A stretch of DNA of 60,833 bases from Spirochaetia bacterium (GTDB taxonomy: Bacteria; Patescibacteriota; Microgenomatia; UBA1400; MFAQ01): assembly GCA_035477615.1 (NCBI GenBank), contig DATIKJ010000041.1:1-60833 (forward strand), given 5' to 3'. The position numbers and the translations under genes were made by a program. The notes below the pieces were generated by a model. That model did not search any database. It was not told the DNA's origin and saw nothing but the letters and a program-made list of their open reading frames with translations. Position 1 is the stretch's first letter. Every line of letters begins with the position of its first letter. Positions 1-9,914 of this stretch are shown here, in pieces.

Positions 1-651
1 ACTTGATGCTGGAATTAATGAATTATTTTTGTCTGGAAAATAAGGACTGCCCATATAACCACCCCAAAGACGATAACCGTCCATAGCGTATTGCTCGTCA
101 CAGTTCATAGCAGTCAAAACCGAGTACTTGGACTGGAGATACTGGAGTGAGTAGCTATCAAGATGCCAGGCAGAAACAGATTTTGGATAAAAGCCGAAAC
201 GTTTGAAGAAAGTATCCATGTAGGTATCGATGAGCAAAAGCCGATCACTCTGGGTGTATCCAGAAAGAAAAACGCGATTGGCATTGTGAATAGAGTAGCC
301 TTCTGGGTAAATGACACCTGCATCTCGTGTAAGCCAGGGGGTGATTTCCAAAAAGGCTCCGAGTGATTGATGAGGATCTATATCTGAAAGATTTTTAAAA
401 AAACCTGATATCGTGGCGTCGATAACTGCGTCGAAGCGAAGTAGCCAGGTAACAGGAAGGGCTGAGTGGGTAGACTCTTGATACTGATATATAGGTAGGT
501 CGAGTGGTGTTTGATCTTTCATCACCCAGCTTTCATAACCGACAACAGGGTTCGAGACGGTGACATAAGTTTTTGGAATAAAAGCTTGAACCGACTTTGG
601 CAAGAAAAGAATCAAAAGAAGTGGAAGAAGAACAAGAAGTCTTTTAAACAT
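1..651 (-). CDS. Secreted hypothetical protein, 3'-truncated by the window edge (first 217 aa present)
   Basis: Not on the ORF track because there is no stop inside the window. The minus-strand frame is open from ATG at 651-649 to nt 1; I checked every in-frame plus-strand triplet and found no tta/cta/tca. It starts MFKRLLVLLPLLLILFLPKSVQA (signal-peptide-like) and continues ...WHLDSYSLQYLQSKYSVLTAMNCDEQYAMDGYRLWGGYMGSPYFP. The ATG overlaps the flippase stop by 8 nt. No family recognised. Confidence 0.55.
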   Translation of the reverse strand, partial: MFKRLLVLLPLLLILFLPKSVQAFIPKTYVTVSNPVVGYESWVMKDQTPLDLPIYQYQESTHSALPVTWLLRFDAVIDATISGFFKNLSDIDPHQSLGAFLEITPWLTRDAGVIYPEGYSIHNANRVFLSGYTQSDRLLLIDTYMDTFFKRFGFYPKSVSAWHLDSYSLQYLQSKYSVLTAMNCDEQYAMDGYRLWGGYMGSPYFPDKNNSLIPASS

Positions 652-2119
652 GTTTAATTTTGAAGTAGTTTAAAGTGTTGGTAAAAAAGGAGATTCCCTC
701 AACAAGAATAATAGTACTGAAATATATTGAAGCAGAAAAAACACCAATAATTACAAGTGAAATAACTGATGTACCAAAATGAATAAAGACTGAGAGAAAT
801 ATACTCATGATGAAAGTGGCTATTAAAGGAGTTTTGAGAATATTTAATAAATTGAATTGAACATATTTACGAGCCATAAAGATAGTGATGATCGAAGAGG
901 TGGCAATGATGATAACGGCGTAGGAAACACCCATGTAGCCAAATTTGAGAGCTAGCAAAGGCATAGTGGCCCAGGTTAATCCTGTCCACATAAGCATTAG
1001 TTTAAAAGTGGTTTTAATATGACCAGTGGCATTCAGAAGATTGGTTAGACTGGTGGAGATGCTGGCCCAAGCAGAGTTATATAGATAGATATAGAGAGGA
1101 ATTAAGGCAGGAAGCCATTTACTGTATCGAGGAATAATATTTATGAGAGGGAGAGCAAAAAAGCCCATGCCAACGAGAATGGGAAAGGCGGCTAGACACA
1201 TATATTTAAGACTAATCTCTACGGCTCTAGCTAATTTTTCTTTGTCATGCTGGAGTCGGGCAAAGGTGGGAAAAGAAACTTTAGTGAGATTGTCCATCAC
1301 TATACGTAAAGGTAAACCTGCCCAACGACTGGCCCAGCCAATATAACCTAAACCAGTAGTACCAATAATTTTGGTAAGGATGATGGTTAAACCATCATCT
1401 TTAAGAACGGCTAAAAAAGTATTTGCTTGATACGGAAGTCCGAAGCGTAAGAGGGAACGAAGAGAGTTACGATAGATACCAATAACAGGTTTCCAAGGAT
1501 AGACAATATACATAGTGACCAAGCCAACAATGCCACGAGCGAGAACAGCATAAGTAAAGGAAGTAACACCAAAACCTTTCCAAGCAAAGTAAACAGCAAT
1601 AAAGTTGAAGGCAAGAGTTTCGAGTATTTGGGGAAGAATTAATTTATTGAATTTAATTTCTCTTTCAAGCATGATCGAAGGAATGGTTTTGAGGGAACTT
1701 AAGAAAAGAGAGATGCCCATGGCATAGAGAAGATGCATACCCGCTTGATCAATGTTGTATTGAATACGAATAAAGGGACCAGCAAGATAAAGAAGAATCA
1801 GCAAAGTAACAACAAGAATTTGTTGAATAGAAAAGGTGGTGGCAAGATCTTGTTTGGTAACGGTTTCTTTTTTCTGGATAAGAGCAGCGGCCAAACCAAC
1901 ATCGGAAAAATAGGCTAAGAAATTAACGACTGACGAAACAAGATAAAAGATGCCGTAGATATTGGGATCAAGAAAGATGGTAAGGGCGAGGGTGGCAACA
2001 AAAGAAATAATCTGAACGACAAAAGTACGAGAAATAAGAGCCAGTACTCCAGACACAGATCGTCGTTTAACCTCTTGGTACTCTAACACTTGTGGTTCAT
2101 CAGCGCTGGCGTCGAGCAT
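644..2119 (-). CDS. Polysaccharide/oligosaccharide flippase, MOP superfamily (Wzx-like)
   Basis: 491 aa polytopic protein. The N-terminal RRSVSGVLALISRTFVVQIISFVATLALTIFLDPNIYGIFYLV...GLAAALIQKK resembles Polysacc_synt-type flippases. ATG start (cat at 2117-2119). 20-nt overlap with the upstream gene. Confidence 0.75.
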   Translation of the reverse strand: MLDASADEPQVLEYQEVKRRSVSGVLALISRTFVVQIISFVATLALTIFLDPNIYGIFYLVSSVVNFLAYFSDVGLAAALIQKKETVTKQDLATTFSIQQILVVTLLILLYLAGPFIRIQYNIDQAGMHLLYAMGISLFLSSLKTIPSIMLEREIKFNKLILPQILETLAFNFIAVYFAWKGFGVTSFTYAVLARGIVGLVTMYIVYPWKPVIGIYRNSLRSLLRFGLPYQANTFLAVLKDDGLTIILTKIIGTTGLGYIGWASRWAGLPLRIVMDNLTKVSFPTFARLQHDKEKLARAVEISLKYMCLAAFPILVGMGFFALPLINIIPRYSKWLPALIPLYIYLYNSAWASISTSLTNLLNATGHIKTTFKLMLMWTGLTWATMPLLALKFGYMGVSYAVIIIATSSIITIFMARKYVQFNLLNILKTPLIATFIMSIFLSVFIHFGTSVISLVIIGVFSASIYFSTIILVEGISFFTNTLNYFKIKHV

Positions 2120-3791
2120 AGATAGTAAGTCTTATTAATATTATTATCGAAATTAAAGTAATGATGTCTGACCCGAGACGAATTGGAGTATAGCCAATTT
2201 TAGCGTAGACAGTATGAATACCAAAAGGAACATCAACAATAACTCTACCAAGATCAGGGTCGGCAATCGTGGTAACAATTCGATTATCAACTTTGGTAAC
2301 TAGACCGGGAAAAGAAAATAATGGAAGCATAATCTTGGCTGAAGGTGAAGAAACGTTGGCATCAAAACTCAACCAGTTAGTTCCAGAAGAATAGTTTAAA
2401 ATTCCACCTCGACCTTCATTAAAGACGGGAATGGTAAAAGCAGGTTCTCCTGGAGGAGTTGGTGCTGATTTGGGAAGATAGTCAAATATTCCACCGGTGA
2501 CTTGAAGCTCCCATTGACGTCCAGCCATTTTTTCTTCAAAACTGACTCTGGTTGGTCTTTCAACACGAAAGAAAGGCATGTTCCAGACAATGACACCAAC
2601 AGAAAGAAGGATAATAATTAGTTTTTTAAATAGATTAGGCACTTTGATGGTAGCTAAATAACCAGCAGTAAAGGAAAAGTAAAAGACAATTAGAGCAACA
2701 AGTCTCCAGGGGAACTGGGAGTACTGTAATAAAGAAATTCTCTGCCAGACGGGCAAGGAGCGACTATGACAAAGAAAAGCATAAATAAAACCAAAGAAAA
2801 CAGACATTAATATCATAAGAGATGATGTTTTGTGATTTTTTAAACGGAAGATAGCAATAACTGAGGCAATAAGAGCAACTATCCACTGGAGTTGGCCAAT
2901 AGAAAAGGACATACCGTCGTCTGGACCCCAAGTGGAACCACCATAACCCCAGAAACGTGAGAAAAACATTTGATTAATATCAGCATAGTGAGCCATGTAA
3001 TTAAAATAGCCTGACATCATGGAGTCGACATGGACAAATTTTTGTTCTAAGACAACGGGTAAAAAGAAAAAAGCAGAAAGACCAAGTCCAAGTAATCCAG
3101 AGATTACTAAGGTTTTAATTGCTTTGATATTTTTGGTTCTCCATATCCAGAAAAGTGCCCAGATGATGGCTGTAGGAGCAAATATCATTGTCATAACGTT
3201 GTGAGAAGTAAGTTGTCCCATTAGGGCAACAGCAAAAAGAAGAAAACTTTTCCAGGAGAATTTTTTGGCAATTAATTCGTAGATAAATAGCAGAACAAAG
3301 GGGAACCAGACCATACCCCAGGCTTCATTTTGAGCGCCACGAACATAGACATCGACTGAGTGATACGGGGCATAGACATAAAACAGCGCAGAAAGGACTC
3401 CTCCCCACTTGCCAAAAAACTCTCTGGCTAGATAGTACATGCCGACTCCAGATAAGACAAAGGCTAAAGCAAACATGATCTTGATTGGCCAAAAGAAACC
3501 AAGACCTAAAAAAACCATAATTTGCATTGGGTAATAAGGCATAGGAGGATAAAACTGCATCAAAGGATAACCATAGCCATAACCTGCATCTGGAACCCAA
3601 CGGCAAGGGAATTGACCATCTTGGAAACATTTGTTTAATTCATAAAGACGAAATGATTGAAGATCATCGTGCATCGTAAAGTAACCAGGCTGAAGCAAAC
3701 TAAAGATTGAAGGTACCAGAAGAATTATCAATAAAATTTCGACCTTGAAACGGCTAATAAATTGCCAGATTTTTTTCATTACTAGGATCAT
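2100..3791 (-). CDS. Polytopic membrane protein, PTPS-related / GT-C-like
   Basis: 563 aa. The N-terminal HDDLQSFRLYELNKCFQDGQFPCRWVPDAGYGYGYPLMQFYPPMPYY resembles the '6-pyruvoyl-tetrahydropterin synthase-related' membrane protein family. About 11 TM segments, then a soluble C-terminal domain and a final TM. The ATG shares 1 nt with the upstream stop (TAATG); an alternative ATG lies at 3779 (MKKIWQF). Confidence 0.55.
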   Translation of the reverse strand: MILVMKKIWQFISRFKVEILLIILLVPSIFSLLQPGYFTMHDDLQSFRLYELNKCFQDGQFPCRWVPDAGYGYGYPLMQFYPPMPYYPMQIMVFLGLGFFWPIKIMFALAFVLSGVGMYYLAREFFGKWGGVLSALFYVYAPYHSVDVYVRGAQNEAWGMVWFPFVLLFIYELIAKKFSWKSFLLFAVALMGQLTSHNVMTMIFAPTAIIWALFWIWRTKNIKAIKTLVISGLLGLGLSAFFFLPVVLEQKFVHVDSMMSGYFNYMAHYADINQMFFSRFWGYGGSTWGPDDGMSFSIGQLQWIVALIASVIAIFRLKNHKTSSLMILMSVFFGFIYAFLCHSRSLPVWQRISLLQYSQFPWRLVALIVFYFSFTAGYLATIKVPNLFKKLIIILLSVGVIVWNMPFFRVERPTRVSFEEKMAGRQWELQVTGGIFDYLPKSAPTPPGEPAFTIPVFNEGRGGILNYSSGTNWLSFDANVSSPSAKIMLPLFSFPGLVTKVDNRIVTTIADPDLGRVIVDVPFGIHTVYAKIGYTPIRLGSDIITLISIIILIRLTIYARRQR

Positions 3792-5305
3792 TATAAAGAG
3801 TTTGGCTGGTAGCGGTAAAGCTGAAGAACTTCTTGAGTGCCATCTTGGCGAACAGTTTTAGGAAACTCTTTTATTAATTGGAGATCTTTTAGAGAATTGG
3901 CTGGTAGATGATTTCTGGATTTATTAAGAACGAAGAATCTTTGATTTTCTTCTGAGGTATTTACTAGTCCCTCTGGAATGGAACTGACATAAGGATTTGA
4001 GCCAACAACAATAATGTCTTTATGACCCTCGGTGTAAATTTGAAGACCGTCAGGAAGAGTTCCGAAATAACCTTCGGTAAAGATGACAACTTTGTTTCCT
4101 TTTGATTCAAGATCAATTAGGTAATTGGCTACTTCTTTCTGTCCCCAACCAGCTGTCCATTCTTCTAGATAGCCATTATGCATATCAAAAGAAAGTGGAG
4201 CTTTACTCGGTTGAAAAACACATAGTAAGGAAATGATTAAGGGAACAACAAGAAGAACAAGTGAAGAGAGTTTTATAAGAAGTCCTTTACGAGTAATCAA
4301 CCAGTTGAGACCAAAACCAATGACAGGAATAAGAGGAATGATGGCAAAAAGAATATAACGGCTGGTATAGACTTTGGCGATTGATGCTTGAGCAAAAAGA
4401 GGAATTAAAGAAGCGAGTATTAAAAAAATTGATATACCTCTTGTCTTTTTTGGAAATAGCCCAAAGAAAAGCGTGAGTAGTAGAGTGGGGGTAAAAAGAA
4501 GCCAAAGCCAGTTTAAGGTAGTCTTTAAATTACCAACGAGAGGATTGAGAGGATGACTTAAAACTTCTTTCCAAGTAAAGAGATAGTCTTGATTTCTAGC
4601 ACCAATCATATTAAAGCTTGGCCCTAAACGAAGAATGTTGTACATAATTTGAGAAATAACAACGGTAGCAAAGAGACCAATAAGAAGATTTCCTAGAGAT
4701 TTTAAATTGTAATCTTTGGGTCGACAGAAAAAGACGAGAGCAAGGACTAACCAAAAATAAAAAAAGATTGCTGGTGATTTGGTGAGTAATCCTCCACCGA
4801 TAAAGAAACCAAGAAGCATGGCGTGATCAAGTCTTTGTGTTTTAGAAAATAAAACTGAAAGGGAGATTGACCATACACCAAACATGGCAAGCATGGAGTC
4901 TGCGAGAGCCATCCGATCGAAAAATACCGAGAAGGGAAGCACTGCAAATGTAAGAAGAGTAAGGGCAACAATAAGAAAATTCCTAAAAAGAACAAATGAG
5001 AGAAAACCGAGACCTAAAAAGGTACCAAACCCTGTAGCTACGGAAACAAGACGACCAGCAACTAAAGGATCGTCTGATACTTTGAAAAAAGGAATAGTAG
5101 ACCACATAAAAAGTGGTTGTTTACCATCTGTTTGAGGAAGGAATCTAAGGCTTGATTCAGTTTTCATAATCTGAGACCAACGAATATAGATGGCTTCGTC
5201 GACAAAGACAGGAATATTATTAAGCTTTGATAGTCTTAAAAAGAAAAATAAGCAAAAAGCCAGAAGAGAGATTGTGATTATCCAGAATGTTTTACTTTTG
5301 ATCAT
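3791..5305 (-). CDS. ArnT/PMT-like GT-C glycosyltransferase (family 39-like)
   Basis: 504 aa polytopic protein. The first loop carries VFVDEAIYIRWSQ (DE-type motif of the ArnT/PMT family), and there is a C-terminal soluble domain. The ATG at 5305 overlaps the upstream GT2 gene by 14 nt. Confidence 0.65.
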   Translation of the reverse strand: MIKSKTFWIITISLLAFCLFFFLRLSKLNNIPVFVDEAIYIRWSQIMKTESSLRFLPQTDGKQPLFMWSTIPFFKVSDDPLVAGRLVSVATGFGTFLGLGFLSFVLFRNFLIVALTLLTFAVLPFSVFFDRMALADSMLAMFGVWSISLSVLFSKTQRLDHAMLLGFFIGGGLLTKSPAIFFYFWLVLALVFFCRPKDYNLKSLGNLLIGLFATVVISQIMYNILRLGPSFNMIGARNQDYLFTWKEVLSHPLNPLVGNLKTTLNWLWLLFTPTLLLTLFFGLFPKKTRGISIFLILASLIPLFAQASIAKVYTSRYILFAIIPLIPVIGFGLNWLITRKGLLIKLSSLVLLVVPLIISLLCVFQPSKAPLSFDMHNGYLEEWTAGWGQKEVANYLIDLESKGNKVVIFTEGYFGTLPDGLQIYTEGHKDIIVVGSNPYVSSIPEGLVNTSEENQRFFVLNKSRNHLPANSLKDLQLIKEFPKTVRQDGTQEVLQLYRYQPNSL

Positions 5306-6053
5306 ACATTCCTTTTAAATCATTTATTTTGACGCCTAAAATTTGTTTCAACATGTCGGTTGATTCCTTGATGAATCTTTTGTCTTTGCCTGTAGAAGTG
5401 TCTTCATCTTTCCACTCAACATCGACTTCTTTAAGTTTTTGCCCAAATTTTTCGGCTAAGAAAAGTAACTCTACATCAAAAGCAGAGACAGACCATCCTT
5501 TGGATACTTTTTTATCCGACATTACGGAGAGTTTGGGAAAAATTTTTTTGGCGACAGTGGTGTTGAAGGCTTTAAATCCACACTGTGTATCAACAACATC
5601 TCTAAGCAAAAATAATCCTCTTATAAAACGAAAACCCCAGGAGGTAAGTTGTCTAAACCATGGAAAGTTGGCTCTAGCCTTGCCACGAGAACCAAATACG
5701 ACAGTGTAGCCTTCATCAAACCAAGGCAGAAGTTTTTCAACTTCTTTGAGTGGAGTTGATTGATCCATGTCGGTAAAAAGGACAATCTTGCCTTTGGCGG
5801 ACTTTATTCCAGCATAGACAGCTTTAGCTTTGCCACCATGTAGATTGGGAAGAACTCTAAATCCGGAATGGCTTCGAGAAAAAGCTTGTGCAATTTCCCG
5901 ACTACCATCAGTAGAACCATCATCACTGATGATGACTTCATAACCGTAGCTTACCCTTTTTAGATATGAATAAACTTGGTCCAGAACTCCCCTTTCGAGA
6001 TTTTCTTTCTCATTAAAATTCGGAATAACGATTGATAGTTTTATATCGGACAT
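5292..6053 (-). CDS. Family 2 glycosyltransferase, polyprenyl-phosphate sugar synthase-like (DPM1/ArnC type)
   Basis: 253 aa. LSIVIPNFNEKENL ... VIISDDGSTDGS ... FTDMDQS are GT2 GT-A motifs. No TM segments. ATG start. Confidence 0.85.
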   Translation of the reverse strand: MSDIKLSIVIPNFNEKENLERGVLDQVYSYLKRVSYGYEVIISDDGSTDGSREIAQAFSRSHSGFRVLPNLHGGKAKAVYAGIKSAKGKIVLFTDMDQSTPLKEVEKLLPWFDEGYTVVFGSRGKARANFPWFRQLTSWGFRFIRGLFLLRDVVDTQCGFKAFNTTVAKKIFPKLSVMSDKKVSKGWSVSAFDVELLFLAEKFGQKLKEVDVEWKDEDTSTGKDKRFIKESTDMLKQILGVKINDLKGMYDQK

Positions 6054-6056
6054 AGA

Positions 6057-6593
6057 TTATTTAAACATGCTTGCCTTGTAGTATTTTAACTCATCTATAG
6101 ACTCAAGAACGTCATCGTGAGCACGATGACGTTCGACTTTAATATTTCTTGGTATATCAGGATACCAGCGTTCTGCTAGCTCTTTGATTGTTGAGACATC
6201 TATAATCCGGTAGTGAACATACTCAACAATCTCAGGCATGTGCAGCCTTAAAAATTCTTTGTCAAAATGGACTGAACTGCCGGCAAGTAGGGCTGTTTTT
6301 GAAGGACAGTATTTTTTAATGAAATCTAAAGTTTGTTTTTCGGCATCTTGAAGACTAACAGTTGATTCATGAATAGCATCGAGGAGACCAGACATGGCGA
6401 AGTGTTCCCTGGACCAGTCGCTCATCTGACTATTAATGGTTGGTGGGTGATGAATAACAAGATCCGGACCTTCGGCTAAAACGTTGAGGAATGAGTCGGT
6501 GATGACTGTGGAGATCTCGACTATTTTGTCTTTTTGAGGGTTGAGGCCTGTTGTTTCAAGATCGAGCCATACTAGATTACCATTGGTTGTCAT
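6057..6593 (-). CDS. orn: Oligoribonuclease
   Basis: 178 aa. DEDDh motifs LVWLDLETTGLNP (Exo I) and HRAHDDVLESIDELKYYK (Exo III). The ATG overlaps the upstream stop (ATGA at 6590-6593). Confidence 0.9.
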   Translation of the reverse strand: MTTNGNLVWLDLETTGLNPQKDKIVEISTVITDSFLNVLAEGPDLVIHHPPTINSQMSDWSREHFAMSGLLDAIHESTVSLQDAEKQTLDFIKKYCPSKTALLAGSSVHFDKEFLRLHMPEIVEYVHYRIIDVSTIKELAERWYPDIPRNIKVERHRAHDDVLESIDELKYYKASMFK

Positions 6594-8065
6594 TTTGGGT
6601 GAATTAAGCGATATATTTTAATGTTGTCAACTTCCCATTGATTGTCTATTTTGGCGATACCAAAAATGGCAATTTGATACTGGGAGTGGCCTTCAGGTTT
6701 GCATGTGTCACCATCTTCGCAGATAACAAAAAGCTGATTGGTGATTTTGTTTTGATCTTTCTCAAGAGCGGAGTTCTTGTTTTCCAAAAAGTAACGATAT
6801 GATTCGTCGTAGTTTTGTTTGGAAATCAGGCCGAGATTGAACGGTTCCTCTTTTGATTCTTTAATGATAAGGTCGGCTACTTGCTCTGTTCGCTGGAGTT
6901 GACGATTGGGAGAACCAAGTGTAGGGCTAGTACTCAAGGCATTAGTGATTATTGCAATGAGAAAAATAATGGTTGCCCATTTAATAAGAGAGTATTTTTT
7001 AAGAAAATTGGAGACAATGGATCCTGAAAGTAAAAATAGTGCAGGGTATATAAGACCCAGATAGTGAATATATATTGGTTGGCTATAAAGACTTAGCCCA
7101 AGAATAGGAAAAAGTATCCAAGCAGAAAGAATTTTTATATGATTCTGGCGACGTCTTAAAAACATGAAGGTGGCAGAGACAAGACAAAGAATGATTGAGT
7201 ATATTAAGGCTGGTTTTTCGTTTCCTGATAATAAAGCTGATTGAGAAAATGAAAATATTGATAATGGTTTGGTAAAAAACTCACCAAGATTAAAAACGCC
7301 CGACTTAACTGAGAGCAAGGCAGAAAAGGCTGAAAGGTTCATGCCCTGATGTTTGATGTCAAAAAGAATCAGAGGTGACATGAGAAGAAGAAAAAGGAGA
7401 ATACCAAAAATGGTTTTTTTGATGAAAGATGTTTGAAGACTTTTTTCTTTTTTTATTTTAATGAAGGTTAGAAACCAAAATAATCCAATAGTTGGTATCA
7501 AGAGAAATGCTAGATAGTGCATTTGAAGAGCAAAAGCAGTGCTTATGCCAATGAGAGGAAGCCATAGATATTTTTTATTTCCCCAAACTTGATAAATTCC
7601 CCAAATAGACAAGAGAGCAAAGAAAGGCATGGGGTTGGGATTCGAGGAAGTTCTGCCATAGATTATGGCAACAGGAGAAATGGTATAAAGCATGGCTGTA
7701 ATAATTGCTGCTTGTTTGCCAAACCAGACTCTTGCGACATACCAAGTAAAAAGGATTGTTGCAACACTTAAAAAAGCGATCATAATAGCGGGCCCAACAG
7801 GGTTGAGACTAGAGAGAAAAAGTGCGGGAGCCATCATGTAGTAATAGAGAGGGCCAAGATACATGTTGCCAACACTGGTTTGAGGACCAATAAAAACTAG
7901 ATTGCCTTGGGTGATAAGGTCTCGCACAATACGAACATCTCGACCTTCATCTCCTAGAAATGTCATAAACTCATCAATTCTAAACAAGCGAAGAAAAAGC
8001 GCTAAAGAAAGAATTATTAGGAGTAAGACAAATTCACACCTATTTTTTTTGATCCAACTGATCAT
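6590..8065 (-). CDS. ArnT/PMT-like GT-C glycosyltransferase (second copy)
   Basis: Polytopic protein with LRLFRIDEFMTFLGDEGRDVRIVRDL in the first loop and a C-terminal soluble domain. The track start at 8080 is a TTG. I prefer ATG 8065-8063, which forms an ATGA overlap with the stop of the upstream GT2 gene (8062-8064). Confidence 0.65.
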   Translation of the reverse strand: MISWIKKNRCEFVLLLIILSLALFLRLFRIDEFMTFLGDEGRDVRIVRDLITQGNLVFIGPQTSVGNMYLGPLYYYMMAPALFLSSLNPVGPAIMIAFLSVATILFTWYVARVWFGKQAAIITAMLYTISPVAIIYGRTSSNPNPMPFFALLSIWGIYQVWGNKKYLWLPLIGISTAFALQMHYLAFLLIPTIGLFWFLTFIKIKKEKSLQTSFIKKTIFGILLFLLLMSPLILFDIKHQGMNLSAFSALLSVKSGVFNLGEFFTKPLSIFSFSQSALLSGNEKPALIYSIILCLVSATFMFLRRRQNHIKILSAWILFPILGLSLYSQPIYIHYLGLIYPALFLLSGSIVSNFLKKYSLIKWATIIFLIAIITNALSTSPTLGSPNRQLQRTEQVADLIIKESKEEPFNLGLISKQNYDESYRYFLENKNSALEKDQNKITNQLFVICEDGDTCKPEGHSQYQIAIFGIAKIDNQWEVDNIKIYRLIHPK

Positions 8066-8772
8066 CTGATTTTCTGCCAAAGTTTAAATAAATCAATAAA
8101 GCTTTGGATAATAACGTTTAGCTTGGCACCAGTAGCTTCTCCAAATTTTCGGGGGTAGTGTTGAACTCCAATTTCAACTATCTTAAAACTGTCCTTTTTT
8201 GCCTTGATGAGAAACTCAGAGCTAATAAAAGCTCCTCTTTCGCTTTCTAGTTTGGGAATAGTGTCGACAACTTTTTTGGAGATAAGCTTGAAACCGCAGT
8301 CGATGTCTTTAACATTTAAACCAAAGAGTAAATAAACAATTAATTGCCAAATCTTAGAGTTTAGTTTGCGAGTGAAAGATACTTTGCGACCTAGATAATA
8401 ACCGATAACCATGTCGGCACTGGTTTTTTCCTGAGTATCGATGAAGCGACTTATTTCTTTGAAATTAAACTGACCATCTGAGTCGATAAAAGAGATCCAG
8501 GGGTATTTGCAACCATAGAGTCCGCTTTTGAAAGCGGCGCCATAGCCTCTGTTGGGTGAGTGGTGGATAACATGAATTTTTTTGTTGGCTCGTGCAAGAT
8601 CATCAGCAATTTTTCCGGTTTGATCTTTGGACCCATCATTGACAATGACAATCTCCCACTCAGATACATTTTTTTGGAGATTTTCGACTACATTTTTGAC
8701 TGTCCGTTTGAGATTGGCTTCTTCGTTGTAAGCCGGCAAAAACACGGACAATTTTTCTATTTGTCTCGTCAT
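8062..8772 (-). CDS. Family 2 glycosyltransferase (polyprenyl-phosphate sugar synthase-like)
   Basis: LSVFLPAYNEEANL ... IVIVNDGSKDQT ... FIDSDGQF are GT2 motifs. The track start 8778 is a GTG; the ATG two codons downstream (8772) is preferred. The difference is only 6 nt. Confidence 0.85.
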   Translation of the reverse strand: MTRQIEKLSVFLPAYNEEANLKRTVKNVVENLQKNVSEWEIVIVNDGSKDQTGKIADDLARANKKIHVIHHSPNRGYGAAFKSGLYGCKYPWISFIDSDGQFNFKEISRFIDTQEKTSADMVIGYYLGRKVSFTRKLNSKIWQLIVYLLFGLNVKDIDCGFKLISKKVVDTIPKLESERGAFISSEFLIKAKKDSFKIVEIGVQHYPRKFGEATGAKLNVIIQSFIDLFKLWQKIR

Positions 8773-8798
8773 ACTCACAAGTATATACTAAGAGGTAG

Positions 8799-9914
8799 AT
8801 GAAACGAATATATTTGGCAGTAATTGTGGTTCTTTTTTCTTTTGTTGTTTGGATGCCGTTTGTATTAAAAATACAACTACCTGGTTGGGGCATGGACTTT
8901 TCTACAGGAACAAAAATTCTTTGGCAAAACTTTGATGGACCAAATTATTTAATTGTAGAAAAAACTTGGTACAACAAAGAGGAAATAATGAGTAAATTTT
9001 CAAGCCCACTCCCTACTGAGTATTATCCAGCACATTTTCCTCTATATCCTGCCATTATTGGTGTTTTTGATTTTTTTACAAAAGGACCGTCTGCAATGCT
9101 TTTAGCCACACTCCTTGGAAGTATACTGTGTTTTTTAATGCTTTTTAGATACATAAAGGAATTTGGACTTAGCAAAAACCCATTGTGGTTATGTTTAGTT
9201 TTCTTATTGATTCCTGCACGCTTTGTGGCTTTACGAAGTATTGGCTCACCTGAACCATGGTTTTTGTTTTTTATAGTTGCCAGTATTTTTTACTTTAGAA
9301 AAGAAAAATTTTGGATCGCTGGTTTGTTTGGATTACTGGCTCAGTTTACTAAAAGCCCCGCAGTGATTTTACTTGGAGCATATGGGCTGTATGCAATAGT
9401 AGAATCCCTAAAACAAAAAAGGGTTCAGTTTAAGTATTTACCTCTTCTGATTCAAGCGTTGGTAGTTCCAGCTTTGTTTTGGTTTTATGGACTACGTACT
9501 GGAGATTTTTGGGCTTATTTTAATAGTGGAGATAACTTTCACCTTTTTTGGCCACCTTTTTCTATCTTTGCGCCTCAGGGTCAGGTTTGGGTAGGTAATT
9601 TTTGGTTGGAAGACGTAATCTGGACCTGGTTAATATATGGTGTTGGTATTGCCAAAATGTGGAAAAAGAAAATGAAAGTGGAGTCTTATTTTGCAGGACT
9701 ATTTTTCTTATCAACACTATTCGTAGCTCATCGTGATATCAGCCGATATATCCTACCGATTGCTCCGTTTGTTTTAATTGGATGGGATGCTTTAGTTCAA
9801 AAGAAAGAGTTTAAGGTTATTTTGGCAATTCTAGTGATACCTATTCTTTTATATAGCTGGAACTTCCTGTTGAATAACTTGGCGCCGATTGCTAATTGGG
9901 CACCCTATCTTTAA
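8799..9914 (+). CDS. Polytopic membrane protein, possible GT-C-type transferase
   Basis: 371 aa with about 10 TM helices. ATG preceded by AGAGG (8791-8795). No family is confidently recognised. Its position opposite a GT2-GtrA fusion suggests a glycosyl-transfer role. Confidence 0.45.
   Translation: MKRIYLAVIVVLFSFVVWMPFVLKIQLPGWGMDFSTGTKILWQNFDGPNYLIVEKTWYNKEEIMSKFSSPLPTEYYPAHFPLYPAIIGVFDFFTKGPSAMLLATLLGSILCFLMLFRYIKEFGLSKNPLWLCLVFLLIPARFVALRSIGSPEPWFLFFIVASIFYFRKEKFWIAGLFGLLAQFTKSPAVILLGAYGLYAIVESLKQKRVQFKYLPLLIQALVVPALFWFYGLRTGDFWAYFNSGDNFHLFWPPFSIFAPQGQVWVGNFWLEDVIWTWLIYGVGIAKMWKKKMKVESYFAGLFFLSTLFVAHRDISRYILPIAPFVLIGWDALVQKKEFKVILAILVIPILLYSWNFLLNNLAPIANWAPYL

Noticed and set aside
114-366. 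Track ORFs 114-323 (-) and 163-366 (+) near the window start
   Set aside because: Both lie inside a much longer minus-strand frame that is open from the ATG at 651 to nt 1. That frame has a signal peptide and an operon-style overlap with the flippase gene. The short ORFs are off-frame or antisense artefacts.
5329-5709. 126-aa antisense ORF within the GT2 gene (similar cases: 27281-27649, 28227-28586, 29387-29707)
   Set aside because: These ORFs are antisense to genes with unambiguous family motifs (GT2, FtsX, FtsE, RF2). Long antisense frames are expected by chance. The translations are Ser/Leu-rich with no motifs.
8066-8080. TTG-initiated 5-codon extension of the second GT-C gene
   Set aside because: The ATG at 8065 gives the classic ATGA overlap with the upstream stop. 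The longest-ORF start is a TTG with no support.
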